A stretch of 64,000 nucleotides of DNA from Tubiluchus corallicola (GCA_030141605.1 JAQGDQ010000001.1:2790001-2854000), one strand, 5' to 3'. Positions 49,897-62,072 are shown, counted from the first letter of the stretch. Program-made: numbers and translations. Notes: a model not told the origin generated them from the letters alone.

Positions 49897-51822
49897 ATGG
49901 CGTTTACTTTGTATTCTCTTTTTGAAGCTGTTTTACTTTGTATAAATGGTGTAGCAGTATTAAACGAGGAAAGATTTTTGGCAAAAAGTGAGTGTAACTA
50001 ATCCGTTCTTTCATTTTCTAAAGATTTTCATTGGTAATTTTGCGTGATGTTAAATAGTTACCTATGGAAGGATCAAGAATTTTATTATAGGCAGTGGCTA
50101 GAGGTACGGACCCGTATTCGTAGCTATTGCAACAAATACGGAACCGTGCTTTTTGTGACATTTACAAAACATACGGATTTTAACCATTTTTACGACATAT
50201 GGCGTTTGACCATTTGCCCTGCACATCATTGAAAAGTACATGCCCACTTCATGAAAATGGTGATGTGCCATTATACAGCCTGTAGCCGTACCGATTTTCT
50301 TCGGTACCATTTCTCTTCGTGATATAATAGTTACACTAAATATTAGTTAGTCTCCTTTTATTGTCTTACAGATTGTTAGCTTTGATATTGTGCTGTGTGT
50401 TGCATAGCCTACAAATTAATAGTTTGTTTAATTTATTTTGCTTAATGTTACAAAAAACTTTAGTCTATTTTGATGTGTAGTAGACCAGCTACCAAGAGTT
50501 TAAGCCTTAAAGTGTTATGAATTTCTTAGTGTGTTGTAATGTGCTGACCTACTAGTCCGTATTTTTTTATAGAGTCCTGTGAATGTGATAACCTACTAAA
50601 CTGTATTTTTCCTTAGTTTGGGTTGTGATTTATTGACTTTTTGAACATAGCGAAATTTTTTAGTATTTATGTGATATACAGTAAGTGCAGTTTATAAAAG
50701 CACCTGTTGCCAAATAATTTATGTTGCGAATATTATAGCATGCCTGTATTACTTGCTTGATTTATTATTTTGTTTGTCATTGTAAACATTTTAAAGCATC
50801 TTTATGTGAGCCAGGTCCCATATTAATTAGTTATTTTATTATTTTGTTTATCAAAGCTGTACTGCAATCATTGACTGCCATATTCCAATTCAATTTTTGT
50901 AGTGCTTTATACGTCATTTCTATTAAAATGTAAAAAGGCCATTTTACAAATTTGCATTTAACTGAAGGCTGCAGTAAGTATAATTACGTTTGATTGTCAC
51001 AATAATCCACTTTATATTGAGTTAAAACATCAAGTTTGCAGCATTCAATCTGTCTAATAAACTTCTTTATGATCTGTAATGAATTGCCTATTTTTACATT
51101 ATTAATTCTGCAGTTCTAAACTTTATTGAACACAAAATCACCCTGTAAATAAATCTAGTTTGGTAATTTAACTAATTTATACAACATTCCCTCAAATTAA
51201 TAAGATTGAGATTAATTAAACTAAAATGATCTGTTCATAATGATTCAAAATAATACAAAAATGATATATTTACTTAATATCTAGTTTTTAGTATTAAGCA
51301 AATCTACTATTGACCAATATATCTGACAAAATATACCACTGTCACTGTGAAAAACTACTTTGTCATTACCAAGGTAAAGAAGCCTGTTAACGTCTATCAA
51401 CTAACTCGCTTGCCCATGGTAAAAACAGATATGCACAGGTGAGTGACATGTCACGTGACCCACAAGATATTTGATGAAATTCCCTACAAAAGTATTTTAT
51501 ATTATGCAAACAGCAACAACTTAAATGTGTGTCATGTTAATTGTGTCATGTCAAATGTATATGCAGTGTAAATGTCATGTAAAATTTAATGTACTTTTGT
51601 AGTATTGTTTTATAAAAATATTTTAATATCGTGCTTGTAAACATGTCCATTAATTGTAAATAATTAGACCTTAGTTTTGCTCTTTAGTTTTTTTAGTCTA
51701 GATACACTTGTCTTGAACAGTGTTGTTATTTTAACATTTCGCTGAGGCTTACTCAATTTTGTTATAATGAGTGAACATTTTAATGAAAAATAAAGAATAG
51801 ATATAGATATATTAATTCTTTA

Positions 51823-51861
<39 letters not shown>

Positions 51862-54800
51862 TGGTTTGAAGTGTGAAGGGCATGAAGTGGTTGAATGATG
51901 TACTATGTACATCGTGCTGTGTGAGTTGTCGTTGAAGGTTTACAAGCAAAATTGGGGTCTGGCTAGCAATTTATTATTGATTCGCGATTATATTTCCTAG
52001 CTTCACATTAAGAAACAGTTTTCAACAATACAGCACACATACCAAGCCTAGTTAATTTGTTGCCCACATTTTTTGCGGATACAAGGATATTCAATTTCAC
52101 TCAATCCGTGGATTTTACAGATGCATTTATTTACAATTGTGGATTTTGCGGTTGCTAATAAACAAGAAAGTGATATCCGCCCATCTCTGACGGCGATCCG
52201 TAGAGTTTCTCGTCAATATCTTTTGTGGTGCAGCGATCCGTATTTTCTCGTTTTAATATCTTTCGCGGTACGGATCGATCCGTACTTTCTAGTGAATGCT
52301 TTCGAGATACGGATCCGTATTTTTAGTTGCTGCAGTCCGGATACGGATCCGTACCTTTAGTCACTGCCTTTATTATAATTTATTATTTTACATTTATACA
52401 CTTTATATTTATAGTTAACCTACTAGTCAAGCTAGTGTGCGATCTACATGCACAATTTTTGACCTGTCATTTGAACGTGCAGTATTTCATTAAAACTCAC
52501 AACACTGCGAAACTCACGCATTCTCAGGTTGTTTTGTCCACTTATGTCTGTGGCGGGGCTACGGGAGGGGAATGCACTGAAAAAGTTGATTCTGTCGGAA
52601 CAGTCGGAACTGACATAATTTAATTATCCACGAAGACCATTGCTTATAGTGCTTATTGCGGAAACTAAAAAAAGTTTCAGGTAAAGGAAGGTGATAACAT
52701 ATAATTAATAATTCCTTAATTGTTATTAATTTAATAGCTCTGAGATATTCACGTAGTGGCCTTTCATTCCCTGCTTTCAAGTTTCTGTGCAGTACATGTT
52801 TCGTGTTACATGACTTTGTGCAATACACGTTCATACAATCTTTGCTGCTTTGATTTGATTTTTACATTTTCCCATACATTGGTCTTCGTTTTGTTTGGCT
52901 TGTTTCAGTATTAATGTATCACACATGTACTGTTGTAAGTTGCAACTTGGAGCAGTTTAAAATAATTTTTATTGCCATGCTGTTTGATTTTATTCCATCA
53001 TTAGTTTACTAAACGTATTCAAAATAAAAAGAAAATATGCGTATATGTTTCATCAGTACATGTATTAACGAAATTAAAATATTATATTTGATTTTTTGAC
53101 GTTGCCAGTGTCTTAGTTCTGCTTTAGGCAGTACTGCCACAAGAGATAGCCAACCTTAAAGTGTGTGGACTATTTAGGTATGCATGCCTTATTGTGTGGT
53201 TTCAATTTCTATCTGCCGTGTCTTGAATATTTTAAAATGAAAATTAAACAAAAACTTGAAAATTGTCTGGTGAGTTAATTAAGATATTTGTTGACAATTC
53301 CCAGCATGAACTGAATATGTTTCAAACTCACACAATGCTGCACTATATCCAAAAAAATGTTAGGCATACTAAAATCTAAAAGCTTTACTTCCTTGCTACA
53401 GATGGAAGTCAAAATTCAAGTAAAAGACTAATTTTTTTGCATAATACTGTGAATTATCAGTGTACTCAGAATTAGTTGCCGCACTCCTAGTTTTCAAACA
53501 TCTAAAATCTTCCTACGTAAGAATGTTGCTGCTTAAGGTGTTGTAGCTTAAGTTGGGGGGGGGACAAACTTAGCCTCAATCTCTAGATATGCTACTGACT
53601 TATGTATGGTAACAGGTTTTCACTTAACAAGTTTTGTTGACTTCTTTTGAACTATATGTTGAATTCGCTTCTATTTTTCCCTTTTGTGTTAGTAATATAC
53701 TAATATTAATCTTGTGCACAGTACAGCTTAATAAAGAGGTATAAAGACTTGGTGGCAAACAAATCATACAGTCATCTACTCTAGCCACCCAATGTAATTT
53801 TAATTATGTACTGTTTACCAACTTGCACAAACCATACAGTCATCTAGTCTAGCCATCCCTAATGTAATTTTAATTATTTACACTTTACCAACTTGTGAGT
53901 TTGTATAAATTTGTTGTGAGTGTATTTCAAGGCTGGAATCTGTGTGATAAATTTGGTGTATATCCGTGTGCAAAAATTTGCATTGGCGTGAGTGCGGTCA
54001 TATGCACCGTCGATATTTGTCATTTCAGTTTTTATTATGACTTACATTATGTCAGTTAAATATCAACATACATTTAGTTAAGAATTTTATAGTGACTTCA
54101 TGAAAAACTGGATGAATTACTGAATATGGACATCTGTGGAAAGCGGCATTACATTGCATGGCACTTTATTATCACATAGACATTAGTGTATGGCAGAACA
54201 TGTTATCCAGCCAGGCATTTCTCAATGACTTTGCATTTCAGAAAGTTGTTTGGGAATGAGATGCCGACATGTTTCTTACATTAATTTAGAGCCGTGATGC
54301 CAGCATTTCCTCTTTGCTTTTAATATAGAGTGTGCAATGTAAAACTCAATGTAAAACTCAATTCTAGATGCTATGGATAAGTAATTGTAAATCAATCTAC
54401 CCACTTTTGCTTGTCGGTTGTTGGACAGGTGTCAAATTCTTTAAGTTCCTAAATTAGATACAATAGATTCTGCATAATTGCCAGCTGTGTAACATGGATT
54501 ACTGATCATTTGGATAAACTCAGTGGAACACAAAAAAACTTAAAAGCACTCAATTAACAATTCTATAACCTTATGTCTGTGGCTGCTATTATATTATTAC
54601 AGCTAATACAACTTTTGGGCATTCTCGGTACATTAACGTTCAGAATGCAGGTCTTATTTAAACAATGGCAGTCGTAAATGAGAATGACAGAGCTTCATGG
54701 GCTACCTATTAACTGCCCATCATCAGCAACTGATGCCGTTAATGGCCTGACATCATTGACAATGAACATTAGTGATATTAACAGCCCATTGTCATTAGTA

Positions 54801-57800
54801 ACAATTGACTTCTACTAAAAAATAGAAAAGTGACAAAAAATAAGCATTCTAATGCCATTAATTATTACAATAACAAATGTGCATTAAATAAATTTATTGC
54901 GTTTTAAATTAAGATAGTTTTAATAACAGTGTAATGCTAGTTCTATTTAGAAGTATCGTAAACATTGCGTCCCTCGGTCTTTCATTTGTAACCCTTTGAG
55001 CTAACCTCAGTCATTAATGACACCATCGGCCTGCAATATAAAAAACCTCGGGCCACAAATTTTCAAAATGACCGATAGTATTATTGTTATACATTATTTT
55101 GCAACTTTGTATAAATTTTTAGAGCACTAACTGCAGAACCCATTGTATTTACTCTGCTCATTTCAAGTATTCATAAAGAATTTTGTGAACACTGTGTTAT
55201 CTAATAGTGATCAGTACTAACATTTCAAAAGAATATAATTACAAATTACTGTACACAAAACACTAACTATATTGTATACTCCTATTGAGGAGTTTGTCTT
55301 GTACTAGGGCTATAATAGGTTTGAGCTTGTGCAGCTGTGACTACTTGATTGCACAGGTGAGGTGTTTGGCTGACTCTCCAGTTGTCCTTATCTTATTTAA
55401 TAGTTAAATCCTCGCTAACCAGTTATTAAAAATTAGTTCTGATTAGCTTACATTCAGTTCTATGGAAACACAGTTTTATATTTTCAAATAAACCGCCATT
55501 GTTCAGAGCAGATCAGTTACTACACTTGGCAAAGTGAACAAATTACAAACTTTTCAGTTATATGAACTTACACAGATTTTGGTACATCTACAAAATATCT
55601 TCTAAAATTGTTTAGATAAGTAAATGAAAAATCAAACCTTACATAAATTATTAGGCCTGCAACATAATTTGCAAAATAGACTATTTTCTGTCAAGCAGTT
55701 CATGTTCCAGTTGTGTTTAGTTATTGTAGATCTAGGTTATGCTTGTAAAGGACATGTTCTACTTTAGGTTTATTTACTATGAATAATTGTCATTAACATG
55801 CACAGTGTAAGTATGCAGGTTGTAATAGGTAAATAGGGCACGACGTATTTATAGCTTGCCCTATAGCATTCCTATTTGTATATCAGCATTTGTGGTAGAC
55901 ATTCTAATAATAATGGGTTCTAGAAAAGCAGAACTCTTGTACAACTTTATATGTAGGACTTAAGTCCACTTTTTAGGGACACAAACTCAGGTGTGAAGTT
56001 GAACTCCAACTTGATAGTCCAGAAGTTGACTAGGCCTATAAGTATAAACTTAAATTGCTGGTTATATTACCAAGCATGTAGTAAAGTCAAATGAGTAAAA
56101 ACTGAAGCAGAACATCATTATCAATAAAATTTGTCACCGTAAATATTAAATGCGGTAAGCAGACTTCAGACATGCCAGTATTTTTGAACTCTACAATGAA
56201 ATTTTTCTTTAATGGTTTATAGAATTGTTTTGTAGCTTACACAAATGATTTAAAGGTGGTCCTTGAGGCAAATCCTCATTTTATGATGGAATCAACAAAA
56301 ATTCTGCCTTAATCGCTAATGGAAGAAATTAATGATGATATGGGTCGGATTATGACATTTTGGGGCCCTAGACTAATGAAATTATGGGTCCCCTCAGACT
56401 GAGCAACGCTTTAATTTGTCCGCATATGTCTTAGATATTTTTACTGGTGATATATTTTAGCGACATTTTAATAGCTTGAAGTAAACTTATTGCAAATTCT
56501 TTAAATAAACTAGAGTAACTATCTTTTGTTAGCCAACAAAAATACTGTTTAAAAAATACTACCATGTTGCTCTTTATTGCAAAGTAAAATTAGCTCATAC
56601 TTCAACACAACCGTGGAGGAAAAATTGTTGTTGAATGCTAGGCTGAAGCCTATTCTAGCTTATAGGATAATTTTGCCCTGATGATGACCAGTTTCCTTGT
56701 TTTCAATTCACAATAATTTACGTCAGAAGGCCGAAAATCTGTATTAGTTTTTACACATTATTTTGTTTTCATTTTTGTTACTTTCAATTCTGAGTTCCAG
56801 TTCTAAGGATTCTTTTAGTGCTCACATGGAATTCCTAGTTGACTAATGCAAATCCAACAATGTATGTAGCTGTACTACCTGTACAAAAAAGTGCACATTG
56901 ACCTTCGTTCCATATACGAATATCACATCTTAGACATTTACACACAAGCAAAATTTTACCTAGGTAATAATGAGGTCATCAGATAATAGCAAGGTTAAAC
57001 AAAGTTTATCCTCAAGTGCCCATTCTTGTCAGTTTAGAGAATTTGTTCATAAATATGATATCTTGTTCGATTGATATGTGTCATACTCATGTTGTCTTTT
57101 GTTAGTTGAAATAATATATATTTTTTAGTATTATTGCTACAGCTTATATTTGTGAATGTTTTGTGTCATGGTGTTTGCTAGTTTAGATATCATTATTGCC
57201 TAGTTTCTTTCATTTAATAGTTTGTAAGTCTTCTAAGCAAGCATTTAAGGCTACTAGTAATACAATTGATTAGTGCACAGATTTCGTAACATATAGCATG
57301 TGCATATTTTCTTTTTACTATGCCGTCTGCATGTTACAGCTTTAAACCTTTTCTATTGTTTGCTGTCGTACGTTAATTTTTAGATATACCTATATTTCAT
57401 TTTATTATTTTGTTTCTTTCAGTTGGTTGGGGAGTTAACAACACTCAAGGATTTGGTGAAGAGCCTGGCATGAAAGCACAGCTTATTAACTTAATTCGTT
57501 CTGTACGCACTGTTATGAGAAGTGAGTACAAAGTACTAAATGCGTCTCAAATTAGTGCCAGTCCATTTATAAACAATAATAGTAATAACAAACAATAACA
57601 CTAATGCAAGCTGCTGAAATTAGTAGCCAGAATATATCTTTACTAGCATTATTGCAACAAAGTCTTTGTAGTGGTTTCGTTTTTCGGCTTTTGTTTTTTT
57701 AACAGATTTTCCACACTATGTACAAGCTTAAGTCCAGTACGAACATATGCATATAATTGTAATAGACTAATACTTACCTTTCTTAAATGCCTCGACCTTC

Positions 57801-58359
57801 TGTTATTTTGCTTAACATATTAAGTTGTCAGCAGTTTATGTTAGTGTTGTTGTAAAATTTCTGTGCATAATGATTGCTCAACTATTATTTTAATGACTGT
57901 TATTATAGGGCCTATATATGCTATATATTTCTTTCCTTTTAATGCAATTTGTTTAATAAAAACATAATTACTTGTACAGGAAATTTTTTAAATACACTTT
58001 TTCTTATATATATTTTTACAAACTTTATGGCAATTCAACTAAGTTTTGCTTATATCTGTTTTTGCTACTTAATTAAATTTTGTCTCTGCTAATTTTGAAT
58101 TAGTTAAACTGCTCAGTAACAAATAGTTTGCTAATCACTTTGCAGATAACGAGATGTGTTATGTGCATTTTGAGATACCCATAGTGAGTAATAAAGTAAA
58201 TTATGCATAAATACAAAGCATGAACTATGTTTAGTGCACTGACAAGAACAACGGAACTTACTTTGTGTTAAAAAAGTTTAAAGCTTTTTTGTTTTTCTTG
58301 CAGTTCCTCTGATATTCTTCAACATCCTTACGATTTTCTTTGAGATTGTTCTGGGATGA
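49897..58359 (+). CDS. IER3IP1: Immediate early response 3-interacting protein 1 (Yos1 family), 81 aa, 3 coding exons
   Basis: Exons 49897-49987, 57423-57521, 58304-58359 (246 nt, GT-AG, phase 1/1): MAFTLYSLFEAVLLCINGVAVLNEERFLAKIGWGVNNTQGFGEEPGMKAQLINLIRSVRTVMRIPLIFFNILTIFFEIVLG*, which is recognisably IER3IP1/Yos1. Confidence 0.96.
51829..51858. repeat. (TA)n microsatellite
   Basis: Directly visible. Confidence 0.85.
52075..52355. repeat. Cluster of CGGAT/ATCCG(TA) motifs, likely the subterminal region of a hAT-type element
   Basis: More than ten GATCCG/CGGAT units, e.g. GATACGGATCCGTA twice; termini not identified. Confidence 0.5.
53757..53895. repeat. Tandem duplication of about 70 bp
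   Basis: CATACAGTCATCTA.TCTAGCCA...AATGTAATTTTAATTAT...TTTACCAACTTG occurs twice. Confidence 0.9.
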
Positions 58360-58499
58360 AGCAGTCACATCAGAACAACAGCGTCTTGTGCATTGTGACA
58401 CAGCATTACAGCTGACCGTAAAACTATAATGTTTATGTGAAGCACTTATATAGTGTGAAGTTTTTTTTGTGATCAGTGATTAGAAACTGTATATTTAAA

Positions 58500-60119
58500 A
58501 TGTCTGAACGAAGTGAACGTGAACCTCTTTTATCTAGAAATCGCTTAACTGGGGATTTAGATAGTCCTCCCAGGAGAATATCTCGTGTGTCTTCGAGTAG
58601 ATCCCTTGAGGCTGAAATTGAAATAGAAGGCTGCGGTGGCTCCATCTGTTGCCATCCTGGAAAAGTTGTTCATCGATTTCTCATTCTTATTCTTATGTGC
58701 TTTTTGGGATTTGGCAGTTATTTTTGTTATGACAATCCTGCTGCCCTTCAAGACCAAATGAAAAAGAACTTACGCATTACCACAAGTCAATTCATGTCAT
58801 TGTATTCATGGTACTCTTGGCCAAACGTTGTGCTATGCTTTTTTGGTGGTTACCTTCTTGATGGATTTTTTGGAATTCGTCTGGGAACTGTCATATTTGC
58901 TTTATTTGTACTAGTAGGACAGTTGGTCTTTGCAACAGGGGCACTCATTGATGAATTTTGGTTGATGCAAGCTGGACGATTCATTTTTGGTATTGGCGGG
59001 GAGTCCTTAGCTGTTGCTCAAAATACTTATGCAGTAAACTGGTTCAAGGGCAAAGAACTGAACATGGTATTTGGACTTCAGCTAAGTTTTGCAAGAGTTG
59101 GTAGTACAGTTAACATGAACCTAATGGGCCCTGTATATGAATGGGCAGGTGAGTGGTTTGATGTTGACGGATACAGGCAGCTGGGAATCTCTTTATATCT
59201 AGCTGGTTTCACATGTGTACTTTCACTGGCGTGTGCGCTTGGACTAGCGTTTTTTGATATAAGGGCTGCAAAGCTGCTACGAAAAGATGAAAATAAAACT
59301 GGCGAAGTAATTCACATCACTGATGTGAAAGATTTTGGCTGTTCAATGTGGCTTTTGTGCGTTATCTGTGTGGCCTACTATGTGGCTATCTTTCCATTCA
59401 TTGGTTTGGGTGTTGTGTTTTTTGAGAGTAAATTCGATTTTACGAACTCCAATGCTAAAGCAGTCAATAGTTTGGTGTACATAATCTCAGCTATAGCATC
59501 TCCCCTACTTGGTTTTATGGTAGACAGAATGGGGCGAAATGTAACGTGGGTGATAGTAGCAATAATAACAACTATGGTCTGTCACGGATTACTTGCTTTC
59601 ACTTTTCTGAATCCATATGTAGCAATGAGCATCTTGGGTATATCATATTCACTTCTTGCTAGTGCTCTTTGGCCAACAGTTGCATATGTTGTAGCTGAGC
59701 ATCAATTAGGTACTGCCTACGGCATCATGCAAGCCATACAGAACTTGGGATTGGCGATTATATCATTACTTTGTGGTATTATAGTTGATAAGAAAGGCTA
59801 CCTAATATTAGAAGTGTTTTTCCTGGCTTGCCTTTCCATAGCACTAATTGCAGCTGTAGCTCTGTACCTCATAGATCAGGCAAAAGAACTGAATCTGAAT
59901 CTTTCTGCCACTGTACGCTTGCGCATGGAGCAAGCAATAGAGGAAGAAGAAAGAGAGAAAGTGGAACGACTAGGAGACATTTCAGCTGCTCCTGATCTTC
60001 TTCGACCTCGTAGCGACTTTTATTTCCGTAATCGATATTTGTCAAGAATAGGCGCAAAACTTCCAGAGCATTACAACGTATACACATCAGCACTTGTACG
60101 AAGAAGCTTACTTCAGTAA
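58500..60119 (+). CDS. MFSD1: Lysosomal MFS (dipeptide) transporter MFSD1, intronless, 539 aa from the first ATG
   Basis: Uninterrupted 12-TM-type ORF with MFSD1 signatures (LMCFLGFGSYFCYDNPAALQ, LYSWYSWPNVVLCFFGG, GRFIFGIGGESLAVAQNTYAVNWFKGKELNMVFGLQLSFARVGST, EHQLGTAYGIMQAIQNLGLA) and an N-terminal dileucine sorting motif EREPLL. Confidence 0.97.
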   Translation: MSERSEREPLLSRNRLTGDLDSPPRRISRVSSSRSLEAEIEIEGCGGSICCHPGKVVHRFLILILMCFLGFGSYFCYDNPAALQDQMKKNLRITTSQFMSLYSWYSWPNVVLCFFGGYLLDGFFGIRLGTVIFALFVLVGQLVFATGALIDEFWLMQAGRFIFGIGGESLAVAQNTYAVNWFKGKELNMVFGLQLSFARVGSTVNMNLMGPVYEWAGEWFDVDGYRQLGISLYLAGFTCVLSLACALGLAFFDIRAAKLLRKDENKTGEVIHITDVKDFGCSMWLLCVICVAYYVAIFPFIGLGVVFFESKFDFTNSNAKAVNSLVYIISAIASPLLGFMVDRMGRNVTWVIVAIITTMVCHGLLAFTFLNPYVAMSILGISYSLLASALWPTVAYVVAEHQLGTAYGIMQAIQNLGLAIISLLCGIIVDKKGYLILEVFFLACLSIALIAAVALYLIDQAKELNLNLSATVRLRMEQAIEEEEREKVERLGDISAAPDLLRPRSDFYFRNRYLSRIGAKLPEHYNVYTSALVRRSLLQ

Positions 60120-61788
60120 TGCCTTCATCATTGTTTTAAGCAGCAACTGAAAGTTTCATTTGAATACATATATAGCCCACAAATATTTCAATGGTTTTCT
60201 TTGTTAAGCAGAAGACGTGAGCTTTGTGTGGTTCTTTGTTAATAATAACTGGTCATTGTTTCAAAAACTGATGCTCATTGTAGACCTGATTTTCCAGTAT
60301 AAGCTGCTGTAGGTCTGAAATTTCATTTTAGTCTAGCCATGTAACAAAGTGCAAGGGTAACATGTTACACTAGTGCATTAATTATTACAATGTCATTTGC
60401 TTTTGTCTAAAGTAATTTGATTGATTTAATAGATGTGGACATAGATTTGTTTTCATTGTTTTTTACTATATAGTTGTAATGAGTAACAATGGCAACTATT
60501 TCTTCGCATGGGTGAGAGAACCTGAAAATCATGGATTAACTTGGTTTCTTTACTAACTATAATATTACGAAGTATAAGGATCGTGTAGTATTTTACCATA
60601 TACATATGTCATAATCTAATATAAGTACATAGAAGAGCAAACACAAAAGATAAACTAAACATTGCCTGCTATTGCAAAGTGTTTGTTTAAATAAGAGTGC
60701 ACCTATATTTGAACGAATGATTTTGTTTTAAAATTGTTATCTAACACCCAGGAATAGGTTTATTACAACATTAACATTATGTTTGCCAGCAAAAACCTGC
60801 TGTCGTATTTATAAAGTGCCATTTGCCTTTTCCTGGCTCTGATTCAAGGAAAATTGAGGCAATTATATTAGTAACAGCTTTGTTAATTAGTGATTATTGA
60901 TTCAGACTGTCAGTCTCTTTACAGTTGTTATGAACATTATCATTGCAAACAGTTCATACACGGTGGTGCCTATTTTTCTAGATACAGGAGCTAGTTCGTT
61001 AACATTTTTCTTGAAACGGATCAGGTGTAATTAACACGGAAATGTTTTTGGTGACGAAATTCACTGGTGGTTTTGTAAGCAGCCATTCAATATCTAGGAA
61101 TGCCCCGTCAGTGATAAGAATTCATGAAGCATCATCCGTTAGAGTGTGAATTGAGTGTATATCGCAACACATCTTCGATGACTAAGGATTTGTAGTATTG
61201 ACCCCCAAATGCGTCCCGACGAAGTAAAAACATGATTTTGCAACCTGCGAAGTGTGTCAAGGTATCGTGCAATGACAAGCCAGCCCAGATGTGACTGCAG
61301 TACTCTTTTTACTTACAATGTTCAATCATCTAAGGAATTCATTAATGTAACAGAAATGTACATAGGCCTACTTGTCTTGTCTAGCGCTAGAATGTGTCTC
61401 ACTTTAATTTGCATCTTTAGCTTTCATTTTGTTACTTGGTGACCCAATTTCATTGCTATTTTAGGCTTTTATCGTGAAATCTTTATTTTAGTTTTAAGAA
61501 AATTTAGTGACACAACAGAATGCAGTAATTTAATTTTCTAAAATGAGCTTAGAAATCTGACAGATAATTGTAGTGCCTTAAACTATTAAACTGCTTGTGA
61601 TAGCTTTAAAATCTTTGTATAAAACTTATAATTAAATTTTCTATTATAATATTAATGTAGTTTATTCACATATTTTTTAAACGAGCAAAGTTTATGATTC
61701 ATGAGGGTTTTACTTACTCTGCACCTGTTTGATTGTAAGCAAAAATTTATTTGTGTCATATAATGCAGTTTTTCAGCTGGGTCAACAC

Positions 61789-62072
61789 TAGGGGTGAGCA
61801 TTGAACATTCGCGTTCGAACGAGTTTTTTTTAGTTCGAATTCAATTCGAACCTAAAATTATAGATTTGAATCAAATTCGAAGTACCTACATTCAATTCGA
61901 TTGTTTGGTTCAATTTGAATTCGAAAGTCACAAATTCGATTCGAATTCTGGTAGATTTTGATTTTGATTTAATATTTTATTTCAAACTATACAAAGTTCA
62001 TATACACATCACAAATTAATATAAATAATACAATAAATCATGACACACAAGAATAGAAAATGCACACCCCTA
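61789..62072. mobile_element. hAT-like MITE with TTCGAA subterminal repeats
   Basis: TAGGGGTGAGCATT ... AATGCACACCCCTA TIRs; degenerate 8-bp flanks GTCAACAC / ACTAACAC. Confidence 0.75.

Noticed and set aside
56670-56745. Hammerhead-like CTGATGATGACC ... GGCCGAAA
   Set aside because: No partner for stem I or a plausible stem III and cleavage triplet was found.
58476-58499. GTG start for MFSD1 as given by the ORF track
   Set aside because: In a eukaryotic context the first ATG at 58500, followed by the dileucine motif, is the likelier start; the upstream codons matter only under the fusion hypothesis.
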